A stretch of DNA of 64,000 nt from the NCBI GenBank assembly GCA_030390025.1, contig CM059432.1, positions 79,796,001-79,860,000 on the forward strand. Direction: 5' to 3'. Positions 1 through 12,519 of this stretch are shown piece after piece. The position numbers and the translations under genes were made by a program. The DNA comes from Squalus acanthias. Taxonomy: Eukaryota. The notes beneath the pieces are model-generated. The model searched no databases. It was not told the origin of the DNA and saw nothing but the letters and a program-made list of their open reading frames with translations. Within the stretch, counting starts at the first letter, position 1, and every line of letters begins with the position of its first letter.

Positions 1-392
1 TTAAGACCCTAGTTTCGGATTTAACTAAATCGCTTTCAAGCTCAATGTAAAATTCTATCATATTATGGTCACTCTTCCCTAAAGGCCCCTTTACTACAAG
101 GTTATAAATTAACCCTTTCTCGTTGCGCAATACTAGATGTAAAATAGTCTGTTCCCTAACTGATTCCTCAACATACTGATCTAGAAAACTATCTTGTATA
201 CTTTCCATGAATTCATCCTTCACACTATTGCTGCAAATTTGGTTTGCCCAGTCTATATGTAGATTAAAGTCCCCCATGATTACTGTATTACCCTTGTTAC
301 ATGCGCCTCTAATTTCCTGATTTATACTCTGCCCTACATTACAACTACTATTTGGGGGCTTATAAACAACTCCCACCAATGTTTTCTGCCCG
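1..392 (-). mobile_element. CR1 LINE fragment, endonuclease region
   Basis: Minus strand encodes a VIMGDFNLHIDW motif typical of the APE domain of CR1 ORF2. Confidence 0.7.
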
Positions 393-745
393 TTGCAGAT
401 GCTGAGAGATTTTTTTTCCCCTGACTGGGGAGTCTAGAACTAGGGGGCATAGTCTCAGGATAAGGGGTCAGCCTTTTAAGACTGAGATGAAGAGGAATTT
501 CTTCATTCAGAGGGTTGTAAATCTTTGGAATTCTCTGCCCCAAAGAGCTGTGGATGCTCAGTCGTTGAGATTATTCATGGCTGAGCTAGATAGATTTTTG
601 AACTCTTGAGGAATCAAGGGATATGGGGATAGGGCACGAAAGTGGAGTTGAGGCCGAAGATCAGCCATGAACTTATTGAATGGCGGAGCAGGCTCGAGGG
701 GCCATCTGGCCTACTCTCCTGCTCCAAATACTTATGTTCTTATAA
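393..745 (+). mobile_element. CR1/HER1 LINE 3' end
   Basis: Encodes FPLTGESRTRGHSLRI...RVVNLWNSLP, followed by the GATCAGCCATGA...GGCGGAGCAGGCTCGAGGG 3' UTR. Confidence 0.85.
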
Positions 746-1087
746 CCCTTGAGTAGTGTCTTTACAACATGGTCCAGAGGGTGATTGACACCAAACACTG
801 TCCCATCCTCACAATATTTCCATCTTGTGGAAAAAGTTGAATAGTACAGTCCAGAAATGGACAAAAATACTGTATAAATTATAAAATATGGCTGTGACAG
901 TGTTCAAAGTTGTCAACTGCTCTTTGGTTTCAGATGATTGCAAACTTCTGTAGTTTTGCTCTTTTGGCTTGATTTTGTTCAGATTGAACCCGTTCAAAGT
1001 ATTTATTCAATTTATTGTAACTGTTTCCAGATGTTTTGAAGGCGAGTCAGATTTAGCCATTTAATATTCTTTTTTTCCTTTTTGTAG

Positions 1088-1200
1088 GGTTTACATTTGC
1101 AAATGCATCGCAGCTTTCCCAAGGAAATCCTTTCAATGAACTACAATCTGAAAAAAAAGTTCCCGAGCAACAAAAGTACAAAGAATATCTACGCTTACAA
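1088..1200 (+). CDS. CSPP1: CSPP1 internal coding exon (first in window; FTFANASQLSQGNPFNELQSEKKVPEQQKYKEYLRLQ)
   Basis: Polypyrimidine tract plus TAG at 1085-1087, GTAAAT at 1201. Ends in phase 0 and joins IEEK of the next exon, like the vertebrate CSPP1 'YKNFLRFQIEEKK' segment as I recall it. Confidence 0.85.
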
Positions 1201-2096
1201 GTAAATGCAGTTGAAGAAATTCTATTTTTATTTTCCATTGAACTCCCTTTCTGCTTCTCTACCCTTTAAATTATAGCTGTTCTGCTTTACCTGCAAGAAT
1301 GGACAAATAGTCAAGGATATCTTCTGTACTAATTACACACTGTACTAAGCTAAGCTAACTCTGATATGGAGTAGAATATAAGCTTCAAGATCATCTTTCT
1401 TTGTGTTTTTATAAACCAATTTTCTTCCCTCTTTATTCCTGAAAGACACTGACTCCTTCCTGGGTTACAAATCTATGGGTGTTGGTTGTCCTCATGGTAC
1501 TTCATGCAAATGGTTTTTGTTCCAATCTGAATGTTGAGGGTGAGTTTTGGCATACAATTCAACCATGATGCACTTCAGAACCAAACCCAATTCTGATCTT
1601 GTTTGAGATCCATAAGTGCACACTTACACTATGGCTGCAATTTTGCCGGTGCTCAGGGCGGGTTTGGAGACAGGTTGGGAGTTAAAATCCAAATGATTGA
1701 CGGAGTGTTGCAAACCCGCCGCCATCCCGCCTCCGCGCAACTTTGCAAAGTGTTAACTGCCTAGATAATCCCATTTTTACTGGCTCTTCCCATTTTACAA
1801 CATTTTCAGCGTGTTGCTATTCGTGCAACAAATACGCTAGCTGTTTGTGCCGGGTTCAGCAACTAGCTGAATTGTTGACAACTGCTCCTGTAGCATAAAA
1901 GCCGACCAGCAACATTGCTCACTTTCAAATGACAGAACTTTATGCTTTGAGGTTTTGGAACACATTTTGCAGGTCTATTGAGCTTGAGTGTTTAAGCTGT
2001 GATCCATATGCACTGTGACCTCCTTGGAATACCCTCTGGCCACATTGACTGAGCGCTTATAACATCTCTTCCTCAACTGAGATATATGCCAGTGGG

Positions 2097-3304
2097 ATGA
2101 GAACCATTTATACCCTCTCATCCTGGTCCTCAGAATCGGAGGAAGAGCAGCCGCGGCAGCAACAAAACCAGGCACAACAGCAGCAGCAACAACGGGAGCG
2201 CCAACCTTCTCAGTCACCTGATGATGCACAGGGCAGTGGACGACAGCGCAGGGTTGCACCTCGCCGCAGGAGATACCCCCAACACAGGGTTTACAGGCCG
2301 AGGATGAGCTTCCTCAACATGAGTGAGCAGCAGTGCCAAAGGAGGCTGAGACTTTCGCGAGAGGTAGTCGCTGACATCTGCACAATGCTGCACCAGCACC
2401 TGGAGCCCAGAGGAGCGGGTGGCCACTCCTTACGAGTGGCTGTAAAAGTCACCACCGCACTCAACTTCTTTGCTTCGGGATCATCAGTAGACATCAGCGG
2501 TATCTCCCAGTCGGCCGCACACACTTGCATCACGCAGGTTACCGATGCCTTCTTTGCAAAGTCGCACAATTACATCCACTTCTCCACGGATGAAGGAAGT
2601 GTGACTGCGCATGCGGTTGGCTTTGCAAATATGGTAGGCTTCCCAAGGGTGCAGGGCGTCGTAGACTGCACACATGTGGCCATTAGGGCACCCCATCACA
2701 ACCCAGCTGTATTTGTCAACCGCAAGGGCTTCCACTCCCTTAACGTCCAGCTGGTGTGTAACCACAGGAAGAACATTATGCATGTTTGCGCCAAGTTCCC
2801 TGGCAGTTGCCATGACTCATCCTGCGGCAGTCTACTGTGCCTCAGCTGTTCAATCCGCCAACCCAACTTTCCGGATGGCTACTTGGAGACGAAGGCTATC
2901 CCCTGAAAAAGTGGCTAATGACATCGATGAGGTGGCCATCAACCCAAGCTGAGGAGCGGTACAATGTCAGCCACATTTCCACCAGAGCCATCATCGAGCA
3001 AACGATCGGTTTGCTCAAAATGCGATTCAGATGCCTCGACCGATCTGGTGGAGCCCTATAGTACGCACCAGCCAGCGTCTCCAGAATCGTCATGGTTTGC
3101 TGTGCCCTGCACAACGTCGCACAGCAGCGTGGCTTACCGCTGCTTGAGGAACAAGTGGCATGGCGCACAGCCTCCTCCTCCAAGGAGGAGGAGCAGGAGG
3201 AACAGGAACGCCTTGCGGGGGCGGATGTGCCAAATCCACCAGCACGCGAGCACATTGCTGGCCATGAGGCAAGGGATGCACTCATCCATGCCAGATTCGT
3301 GTAA
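2097..3304 (+). pseudogene. Harbinger (HARBI1-like) DDE transposase, disrupted
   Basis: Motifs [57 protein letters not shown]. Frameshift near 2818 (4 nt missing relative to the 46.7-kb copy) and in-frame TAG at 3059-3061. Confidence 0.9.
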
Positions 3305-3584
3305 TTTTACGCATCAACCACATATGGCTGGCACATGGAAATGAATGTCTGGCCGACCTTCTTAGGACACCACAGTTTATTGTACAGATGCTGTATGGTG
3401 TGTTATCACTCTCACCACCATCATTACAGATGAAAGGCGCCCTGACTCCTCACTGCGCAACTTCCATTTCTGAGCACACAGGCCAACTCTTTGAATCTTT
3501 GCCATCGCTTTTCGTTAATCCATTTATAATCACGATGACAAACATTTGTATCAGATGAAAACACCCAAGTGACTACCCTTGTGA

Positions 3585-5428
3585 CTATTTGTGTGTTAAC
3601 TTTCTCTTATGTGTGCTTCTACGTGTTTCTTCCCCTGTGGCTTCAGCAGATGTAGAGGCACCTTGCTCACTTCTATGCTGCGCCTGCTTGGACGCCTTTG
3701 GCGGGCGTCCTCTGGGTTTGGGAGCCTGGGAGGGCTCCGCAACAGTCTGCTCCTCCTGCGGCTGTGCAGGGGCTGAGACAGCTTTCTCAGTTGGGTGAGG
3801 AATTTGGGGCTCGGACCGAGGGCTCCGCTGTGGCATGGGAGTGTGAGCGCTTGGAGAGGAGCCCACACTTCCTTGTTGTCGACCACCAACATCCCTCTCG
3901 TGGGTCACCTTGCTGCACATCAGTGGGGCCATGTGGACCCGTCTCTGTACTAACAGTCCTCATAACGGGGACGTCCATTTACCTCTGGTTCCTCTCCTCA
4001 ATAGATGGCCATCTATCCTCCATATCAGACCATCTATTTAGAAGAGTCACCATGCTCGTTTGAGTCTGGCGATTTATGTCCTCCATGGAGGTTGCCATCC
4101 TTTCCATGGCGGCACCTACATTCACCATTGAGTGCACCACCGCATTGCTCATGTTTGAGATGGACTTCTCCATTCTCTGCACACTCGCAGTTGCCGTGGA
4201 TGCAAATCCTGTCAGAGACTCCTTCACTTGTTCCTGGAGTTCCAACACTGCTCTCTTTCTGGATGGCCCCAGAGGCACAGTGTCTACATGCAGCAGAGCA
4301 GAGCTAGGAGCGTCCTGCAACCTCCGACGAGGACTCTCCACTGCTTTCGCTGTCTCCACGATCTGCTGATGCTCACTTGTGAGCTGTGATGCACCAGGTG
4401 ACAACACTACTCTGTCGCGAAGGACCCACTGAGGTGTGCGTTTCTGCGCTGGCGCTGGGTGCACTGATTTCTGCTGACGCTGCTGGTGCCTCTGAGGAGT
4501 CGTCCGGCTCTTTCTCCTGGATAGTGGGGAGGGGGGCTCTCGATGGTCCTGTGGGGTAGTAAAGGCATGAGTTAGACAAGATATTTAGGTAGCAGACACA
4601 TCCTATTGTGCAGATGATCAGAAGTCTATCTCTGAGCATCAGAAGCCATATCAGTCACTCATGAAATCGAAATGAGAGCGTTGCAAATCTGTTCTGTCAC
4701 CAGCTTGCTCGACTGCGCCCGTCTCTCCGTCCCCCCACTTCCAGCTCCTCTGCACCTCCGACGATGTCGAGAGCAGCCTCCGCAGCGTTTGTTAAAGTCA
4801 CCAGGGATGGTGGGCCTCCTCCTGTCCTCCCTCTCTCCCTCTTATTGTGGGCTCTCTTTTCCTGCAATGAGGGACACAAGTGGAGTTTGAGAGATTGATG
4901 GAGTGAGTGTAAAGAATCCATAACATAGAAGCTTAGAGGGAGACAAAGATGGAGTGAGGTGCCAAAACCAAGGTGCCTCCCTGTGCGTTTAGTTGTCACT
5001 GCATAACGGTGAGAGCGAGTGTGAGGGGTGCATAGTAGGATGGTGAAGTGATTCTGTACATAGAGGGATAGGTAAGGGTGCAAGGGAAGTAAGGGTAAGT
5101 TGGGATGTGGAGGAGTAGGTTGACAATGCAGAGTGCTGGTGATGAGAAGAGATGGGAAGCAAATTGAAGGTAAGTATGATATACTCACTTTTGCTGAGCA
5201 TAGCAGATCATTGTACCTTTTTCGGCACTGAACCCAGGTGCGTGAGCACAACGACCTTGCGCTTACTTCCTCCGCAATTTGCAGCCAGACTGCCTTTGTC
5301 TGCTGAGGAGGCTTTCTCCGGCCATCGGGAGGGAACAGAACCTCCTGGCGCCTTCTTACTCCCTCCACAAGAGAATGGAGGGAGTCATCATCAAATCGAG
5401 GAACAGCCTTAGATCTTGCAGCAGTCAT
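3585..5428 (-). pseudogene. Harbinger Myb/SANT-like DNA-binding gene, 3 exons (5428-5189, 4861-4701, 4548-3585), disrupted
   Basis: PRFDDDSLHSLVEGV...W..IAEEV...RTWVQCRKRYNDL trihelix motif, GT/AG junctions, coiled-coil-like middle and C-terminal KPRGRPPK. Several frameshifts and a stop. Confidence 0.82.
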
Positions 5429-8247
5429 GTTCAAAAGACCCGTTTTCAGGAGCAGCATAAAGGTTATGAAATCCAAAGGCTGCATGGGCCCCTTAAAAGC
5501 TCCTGAATGGAAGACATCAGCAGGGGCGAGCAGCATACCCGAACCCACTGATTGAGCCGGGTAGCGCGCACGACGGGCTTAATGAGCCCAGTTAAATTAA
5601 AATCGTTATCTTGGAGCGGCTGAAGCCGGCAGCGGGACCGGAGCCGCCGACCAGCCAACCTGACTCCAACCCGCTTCCACTGGGAAAATCGTGACCAATA
5701 TGTCACTGAACAGTGATCAGGAGTTGGAACCCTGGCCGATTTTTTTTTATTTATTTTTTCTTTCCCCCCCCCCCCCCCCCCCCATCCTCATCCTAACCTA
5801 ATGGTGCTGAGGCCAGTGTTGGCATCTATGTTGTTGCCTCTAAGATTACTTAACTCAGCACAGACCAGGAATTAGAACTGAGACTTTCTTGATCTATGTG
5901 GTTCAGCTATTGATTGATAAACTTATGATGCTAAAATAGGACTTGTTTTTTTTTTTAATAGCTTCATTCTGGGAGTAAGTAGCGCAATGGGAATTTTTTT
6001 CTTTGTTTTGATCGAAACATTAGTAATACATCCAAACTCCGAGATGTATAAACCTGATGCATACACATCATTTAAAAAAAAATATTTGCTCCTGAAAAGA
6101 CAAAATGGTGATCGAGCATTGTTGTGCTGATATGCAACAAATGAGTAGAAATGTACTTTTGATATACGTGAAAAATTAGTTTTAGATACATCTGAAATTG
6201 CCTTTTTTCCTCATTCATTATCTTCCACATAGCTTGGAATAAGTTTATTAATCAACCAATGAAAATCACAGGTTAATGGCCCGTTGAGGATTTTCAAACA
6301 TGCCAGCAGTTATAGAATTATGGGAAGATCTTGGGCCAGGACACTCTCTCTCTACCCCTTCCTTTCCACTCTGGGGTTAAAATCTTTCACAATTAAATTA
6401 TTTGTTGCAAATATTAAGGAATTGACATAGCATATAGCTGTGTAGCTGCTTAATTTTGGTCTTGGCTTCAGAACAGACATTGGTCTGGCCTTTGGCAATG
6501 CTGAACACTCATTGGTTGTCCACACATTATGCACATAATTTCAGACAGTAATGTTTTATAAGGTGTCGAGCATCATTTCAACTTGTTAGGGTGTGATGCA
6601 CCAAGCATTCATTTAATATCTTTAATGCTGCAAGATGAGGGCATTCTGAGTTTCCATTGCTGTGATTTCTGCCTATTGCTTTCTCTGGCAGGTGAAGTGA
6701 TAGAGGAGTTCTGTAGCATATTGTTTCAGGAAAAGGCCTGGCAGGGTGCCCCCTTTTGTTCCATTTGTGCTGCAAAGTGGGACTCTCAAGTTCTGATTAA
6801 TCTAATGTTGGAAGCCATTGGACCATTGGATTCTTGTGAGCTGAAACTCCTTTCATTAAACTACCAGTTTACTGGCTGTCATCTTGATTTGCATAGTTAG
6901 TAAGCTTCATGTATTGGTGATGTATGTAACCTGATATTTGGATAGAGATGTACTTAGAATCCAAGAGTGTGGAAGCCACTACCTACTGTAAATAATTTAC
7001 CATTTTTCCTGACTTATTAAATCTCAATATACAAAGCTCTCTCCATTGTACCTGAGGCAGATCTTTGAGGACCTACACCGACTGGCCCAGCTTGGCCTAA
7101 ATCAAGACAGTAATGCCTCAAAACAGCAAAGACTGCTCCAAGTAGATGCATTACAGATACTCTGCCATGAATTCTGCTTTGACTCAAAAATTGATCCCTG
7201 TGAGTGCCAAGTGAGCTCCAACTTTCACTGGTGGTTCCTGCCAGCCAGGGAGTTACACAAGGAGATGCACAGCAGAATCTAAATTGCTAATCTCTGTTTA
7301 ATTATAGATTTTCCTATAGCATTTATTTCACAAGCAACAAATAACTTTAGACTGGTGAAAGTTTACATGGTAAGCTAATGCCATATATAGGTCGACCAAA
7401 TGCTACTTCCATTTGATGGATGAAGAAGTGATAAAACCATAATACATGGAACCTTGATTGCCCACACACTCACTATCCCAATGCTTTTGATTGTCAATGA
7501 GATTTTTTTAAAGATAATCTGAACTACAGGAGTTGGGGTTGCTAGCTTTTTTGCATCAGAGTAGTCTGCCTGCCAGCAAGTTTAGTTGGTGATGCAGCAA
7601 CTTATCAGCTGGCTCACGGCTCCCTCATGCATTTGCAGTAAAGCAGCCAAAAATGTTCCCTTAACTCTCATGGCACCACAGCTCCAGAGATGATTGCTAA
7701 AGGCAGTATATAATAATTTGGAGGTAGGGGAATTAAATTAGCTGTCAATTTTTGTTAATTGCTATGGAGGCTCCTACCATTATGGAAAATAATTGAGGTT
7801 CTATTGTTTCAATTTCTGAAATTGATGAATTTGAGGAACTATTTTAGAGATGAACAAAGCTCCATGTGCTAAAGTCCTTCCAAACCATTTTTCAGGGAAT
7901 AAAGTTTATACTTCTATAACTTATATAGATTTTTACTCTCTGTGGTTTATATGCTTCATATTGTTATTGTTTATGTGTAAATTAATTGAGTCTTGAGCAC
8001 CAAAAATAGAACTGAATGTACCCATGCTAAAACTAAGCAAAGAACTGAGGATCTGATTAGCATGAGGATCTGATGCAGCAAAGTTGGGATGACCAGCTAA
8101 CTTGAAGTTTGAAAATGTAAAGGGACAGCATCCCTAAGGGTGAAGTTTTTCCTCCCCTTAGGGAATGCAGGGAATTCTAGTAAGAAGCTGCTTTAAAAAA
8201 AAAAGCTACAAGTGAACAGCTTTGAATTAGTTTTTAATGTGTTCCAG

Positions 8248-8397
8248 ATTGAAGAGAAGCGACGCAAGGCAGAGGAGGAACGTGAAAAATGTAAACTTGA
8301 AGAGCAACAAGAGGAGAAACGCTTAGCTGAACAGAGGGCACGAATTGCAAAAGAGTTTGAAGAGGAGCAAGAAAAGAAACGGCGTAAAGAAGAGGAG
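8248..8397 (+). CDS. CSPP1: CSPP1 exon, coiled coil ([13 protein letters not shown]...RRKEEE)
   Basis: CAG acceptor ending 8247, GT at 8398, 150 nt phase 0/0. RLAEQRARI motif matches CSPP1. Confidence 0.93.
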
Positions 8398-8749
8398 GTA
8401 GCCTTCTGTTTTTAGACTAAGATATGATTGGACTTAGCTCCATTTGTTTAATAGTTGCTGGAATGTCACCCATCACTTTTCCAAAATAGCATACTCTTCA
8501 ATCTGTTTATCTAGGGTGACATGGTAAAATGGAAGAACTCCAAGTTAAAATGGCTGCTTTAATTGTGAATTCATTTTTAATTAGAGAATGCCAAAATCTA
8601 CAGGCCTAGTAACTCCCATTTGGACCCTGCTGAAGACATGTGGGAAATTTTATGGTGGAGAAATCTTTTTTCACTAGCGTGTATACAGCTGGCATTTTAA
8701 GGCAAGCCTTAAATGCTCATAGCAAAAGCCCCTTTGTGTATTTACGTAT

Positions 8750-8920
8750 GTATATTTATGATGTATATAGTGTGTGTGCGCGCATGCGTGTGTGCGTATC
8801 TGTGTATGCGTATGCGTATCTGTGTACGCGTATCTGCGCGCTTGTGCGTATGCATATGTGTGTGGAATGTGTGTGTCGTGTGTGTTTCTGTCTGTGTCTA
8901 TGTGTCTATGTGTGTGCGCT
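8750..8920. repeat. Degenerate (TG/CG/TA)n alternating purine-pyrimidine microsatellite
   Basis: Seen directly in the sequence. Confidence 0.85.
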
Positions 8921-9759
8921 AACTCTCATTTCTTACAGCTTCCTCCTTCATTCAAACTTGCATCTAAGTTCCATGTTATTGCCAATCCAATACACCTGAA
9001 GTGAATTTCTGGGTAAACTCAACAGGAATACCGGGGACCTTTCTTTGTCTCTCTTTTTTATATAGATTTCAGTTTCTATTTAATTCCGAAAAGTATTATC
9101 GCGTTAATCTCAAATTTTATCTAACTTATCTCATTTGAAACCACCTGATATTTTTCTCTCCCCTCTAACCGAACGTACGTAACGGGCATTAACCGTTTAA
9201 AAATAATTTTCACATTGAATCAAAAAGAAAACTCTTCAACTCTTTTTTAAGACAAGTTCGTCTGTGCTTAGCTTCAGCTAGCATCTGATACTGGGACATC
9301 TAAAAATAACAATGCTACCATTCCCATGATTTAAATTAAGACAAAAATGGCAATCTACAATGATTTGCAATTTGCATTTGCTGATTGTAAACAATTTTCT
9401 TGCAGGATACACTGCTAAACAGGGCTGTGTACAATATACAATTGATGGTACATTAATTTTGTTGCGTCTTAGTTGTCCTGCCGACCGCAAATTCAGGGCC
9501 GATATCTTCTATTTTAACATTTACAATTTTCTTGCTAGCCATGCAACTTCCTGCTGATAGGTGAGCATCGTCTTCAAGATTAAAGACTGATTCAAAGTAA
9601 TCATTTACTACCTCCGCTATCCAACAGGAGCCCCTGGAAACTGCCCCATGAGACCTTTCAGCAGCCCTATACAGTCATTAAACCACCTCTGACTTCTAAC
9701 GTAGCTAAAATAGCTTTTACCATTGCTCCGCAATTGTCTACTATCCTCTCCTCCAGTGA

Positions 9760-10155
9760 CCTTTTAGCAGTTGTAACTGCAGCTTTTGTTTCCTTTTAGT
9801 TGCACACGATAAATGTCTTTGTTTTCCTGAGAATTACATTCTTTTAATCTATCCTTCTCCTAGTTAACGATTTCCCTCTGTTGATCTGTTGCTAACTTTC
9901 CTGGCCATTTAATTTGGGCCAGATTGCCTTTTATCTGGCCAAACTTTGACTTTGTCCAGTCCAGTGACCTTATCTTTGTCTCTGCATTATCCAATTTTAT
10001 TCTTACTTTGAACCTAATAATGTTGGGATTACTATTTTCCAATTGTTCTACTACATCAGTTATTTGCCTCATTTTATTTCACAGAACTAAATCAGGTAAT
10101 ACTCCTTTCCTTGTTGGACTAGAAACATATCGATCTAGGAAACAGTACTGATGCA
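9760..10155 (-). mobile_element. Old CR1 ORF2 fragment
   Basis: Minus-strand ORF (IIRFK...LDWTKSKFGQIKGNLAQIKW) resembles the CR1 region following the endonuclease. Confidence 0.55.
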
Positions 10156-10699
10156 TTCTAAACAAAGTCATTTAAAACTCAAAATACAGTTAAATGTATA
10201 AATGAAAATGTAATTACTCATGTCCGAATCACTTCTACTGAGGCTAAACTCCACACTCTTCTGGCCTCACAATTCACTGGCTCTTTGCCGGTTGAGAACC
10301 AATCATTTTTAACTTTCCGGTTTTGTCTGGAAGACTTGTAAGCTATACTTATTTAGGGGACTGGGTGATGTATAAAATTACCAAATTACCTATGATTAGG
10401 CACACTCACCTGAAGACCACAAGATAGCACAGTAAATAGCAATAACACACTTTTGCAGTAGAGGTAGCGCTTCTGAGGTTGAGGTCAAGTTATGCTGGGT
10501 TATGAAAAGGCTTTTGGATCTGTTAAACTTAACCAAAGAGAGCTTGATTCTGGATGCAAATGTATCATTTTCTCATACTACTATCCCACATTTTGATCAC
10601 AATATTCACCACTGTGAAAAAGCATCAACTTACTTTGATGACCCAGAAATGTTGACTTGTTCACAATTGAATTGTTTGGTTGACTGCAATAAAGATAAT

Positions 10700-11420
10700 G
10701 GCCCGGATTTTGCTGTGAGCAGCGAAGGAGCGGCTTTTGCCATTCACCTTGCGTACAGCTGCCCACAGACTTTTAACGGGCTTGTCAGCGCAGATTTCCA
10801 GTCTTCCCCCATGTCTTTGAATTCACTGCCCTCTACAGGGGATCTGTGAGCAGGCAAAGCAGCAGGGAAGCTGTTCAACCAATCAGATTGAAGAATCCTC
10901 ACAGACGGCAAAGCAGGATGTAAAAAAGAGGAAACATAAATTATCTTTAAATCATTGTACATGAAACAAAATAAAGATTGGATCATACACATGGGACTAA
11001 GTGAAAGACATAAAAGAGCAAAACACAAACTATATAAAAAATAATTTTCATTTTAAAAAAAATCTGCAACATTAATTTTCTTCTGAGGGAATGAGACCCC
11101 ACATTTGTAAAATTAATTTTTCAGGGCCAGAGAAGATGCTCAGTAGTAATTATGACTTACTACGCTGTTAAAATCTCAGTTATTCCTGATTGAACAAGGC
11201 TTAAGTTTTTCATCGGTCTTTAATGCAATAATCGTGGATAATTAGCCGAAATTCACGCCATGACCTCTACGCAGATTCCATCAGCGAAGACTGACAGCAA
11301 CTTCCGGATTTCCGCGTTTAGCTGTGCATGTGCGAACACCAAAAGTTGCTGTCCGTTTTACCCGGTAATAACGGCGAACGCCAACAGTGTTGCCGTTATT
11401 AGTACAGCAAAATCCAGGCC
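10700..11420. mobile_element. Non-autonomous Harbinger-type MITE (721 bp)
   Basis: 17-bp TIRs GGCCCGGATTTTGCTGT / ACAGCAAAATCCAGGCC, flanks AAT/ATT. A related end fragment lies at about 39600-39790. Confidence 0.75.
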
Positions 11421-11749
11421 ATTGTTTTGGGAGGAGGGACTGTTGAGGTTGTTGTGACAAACACTAAACAGTCCTTTTTGTTTAATGTAGAAATCTTTAA
11501 GAGGCACACGATAATTGTAGTACTAAAAGTTATTAACTAAAAGGTTTTGTGATCCTGGGCATGTTACTGAAAGTATACCTACATATCAAGGTTAGTGAAA
11601 ATATTCTCAAAGACATCGGGACCTACCTAAGAGCTGATCTAAAATATGGGAGCTGAAGAATCTAGTGTAAGAAGGGTAGAAAAAAACTCCTAAATGCAAG
11701 CGTTAAGCTAACTTTTTAATGTAAATTTTAATTTAACTCCACCCTGCAG

Positions 11750-11896
11750 CAAAGGATTAAAAATGAAGAAATTGTACAGTTGGCTGAAGAACGCCGTAAG
11801 GTAGCAGAAAGAAAACGAAAGGAGGAGGAAGAAAAACAGGAGGTGATGTTTCAACAGCAACTCAAGAGGGAACAATCAGCAAGGATAGAGGAGAAG
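11750..11896 (+). CDS. CSPP1: CSPP1 exon (QRIKNEEIVQLAEERRKVAERKRKEEEEK...IEEK)
   Basis: CTGCAG acceptor, GTATAC donor, 147 nt open, phase 0/0. Confidence 0.92.
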
Positions 11897-12519
11897 GTAT
11901 ACTAAACTTTTCAGTTTTAGAATTAAAAAAAAATCCTCCAGGGTTGAAAGTCTGTTCAAAGTACTCCCATCTTTTATGGGGGGAAAAAAATTGATAACAT
12001 ATTCACTGACATTTATTCATAATTCCTTGGCTTCAATTTTAATTATCAGGGTGGCTTTAGCATTGAAAGAGGAGGATGGCGATTGATATGGAGAAGGGGT
12101 TCCATTTACAGGAGCCTCCTATCCTGGCCCTACTGCAGAGACCCAAGGATGCTGAAGTATCCTTACACACTCAGCTGAGGAATGTAATGCCGGTATTGTT
12201 TGTCAACAAGTGGGGGAATATCCTTGGGCAAGCCATAAATGACCTCGAAGATATTTCTATAAATTGCGTTTTCTGAGGTTTCCCATTACTAGCATGGATG
12301 TCGACTGCAACAAAAAATAATTTGGGGAAAATTGTTTCACACAGTCATATTATTGCTCAGATCTGGTCAGCTTTATTGTATTCCCGAACTTCAAAACTGT
12401 TTCTTTTCATACAGCCACCTGCTAAATTAATGATCCTCTTCCAAGTATTGGTGAAATATGGCAAATTCTTTGGATCTTTTTCCTGTACAAACAGCTGGAG
12501 CCGTGGATCAAGAGGCCTT

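Larger units (their letters stand above)
1633..5696 (+). mobile_element. PIF/Harbinger DNA transposon, near full length (about 4.06 kb), decayed
   Basis: 12-bp imperfect TIRs GGCTGCAATTTT / AAAATCGTGACC, 3-bp flanks TAT/AAT, convergent transposase and Myb/SANT-like genes. Confidence 0.9.

Noticed and set aside
2097..3304. Domesticated host HARBI1 gene
   Set aside because: It has a frameshift and a stop, lies between TIRs with a partner Myb gene, and has a paralogous deleted copy in the window, so it is a transposon.
8640..9004. Cys/Val-rich ORFs in three frames
   Set aside because: They are translations of a TG microsatellite.
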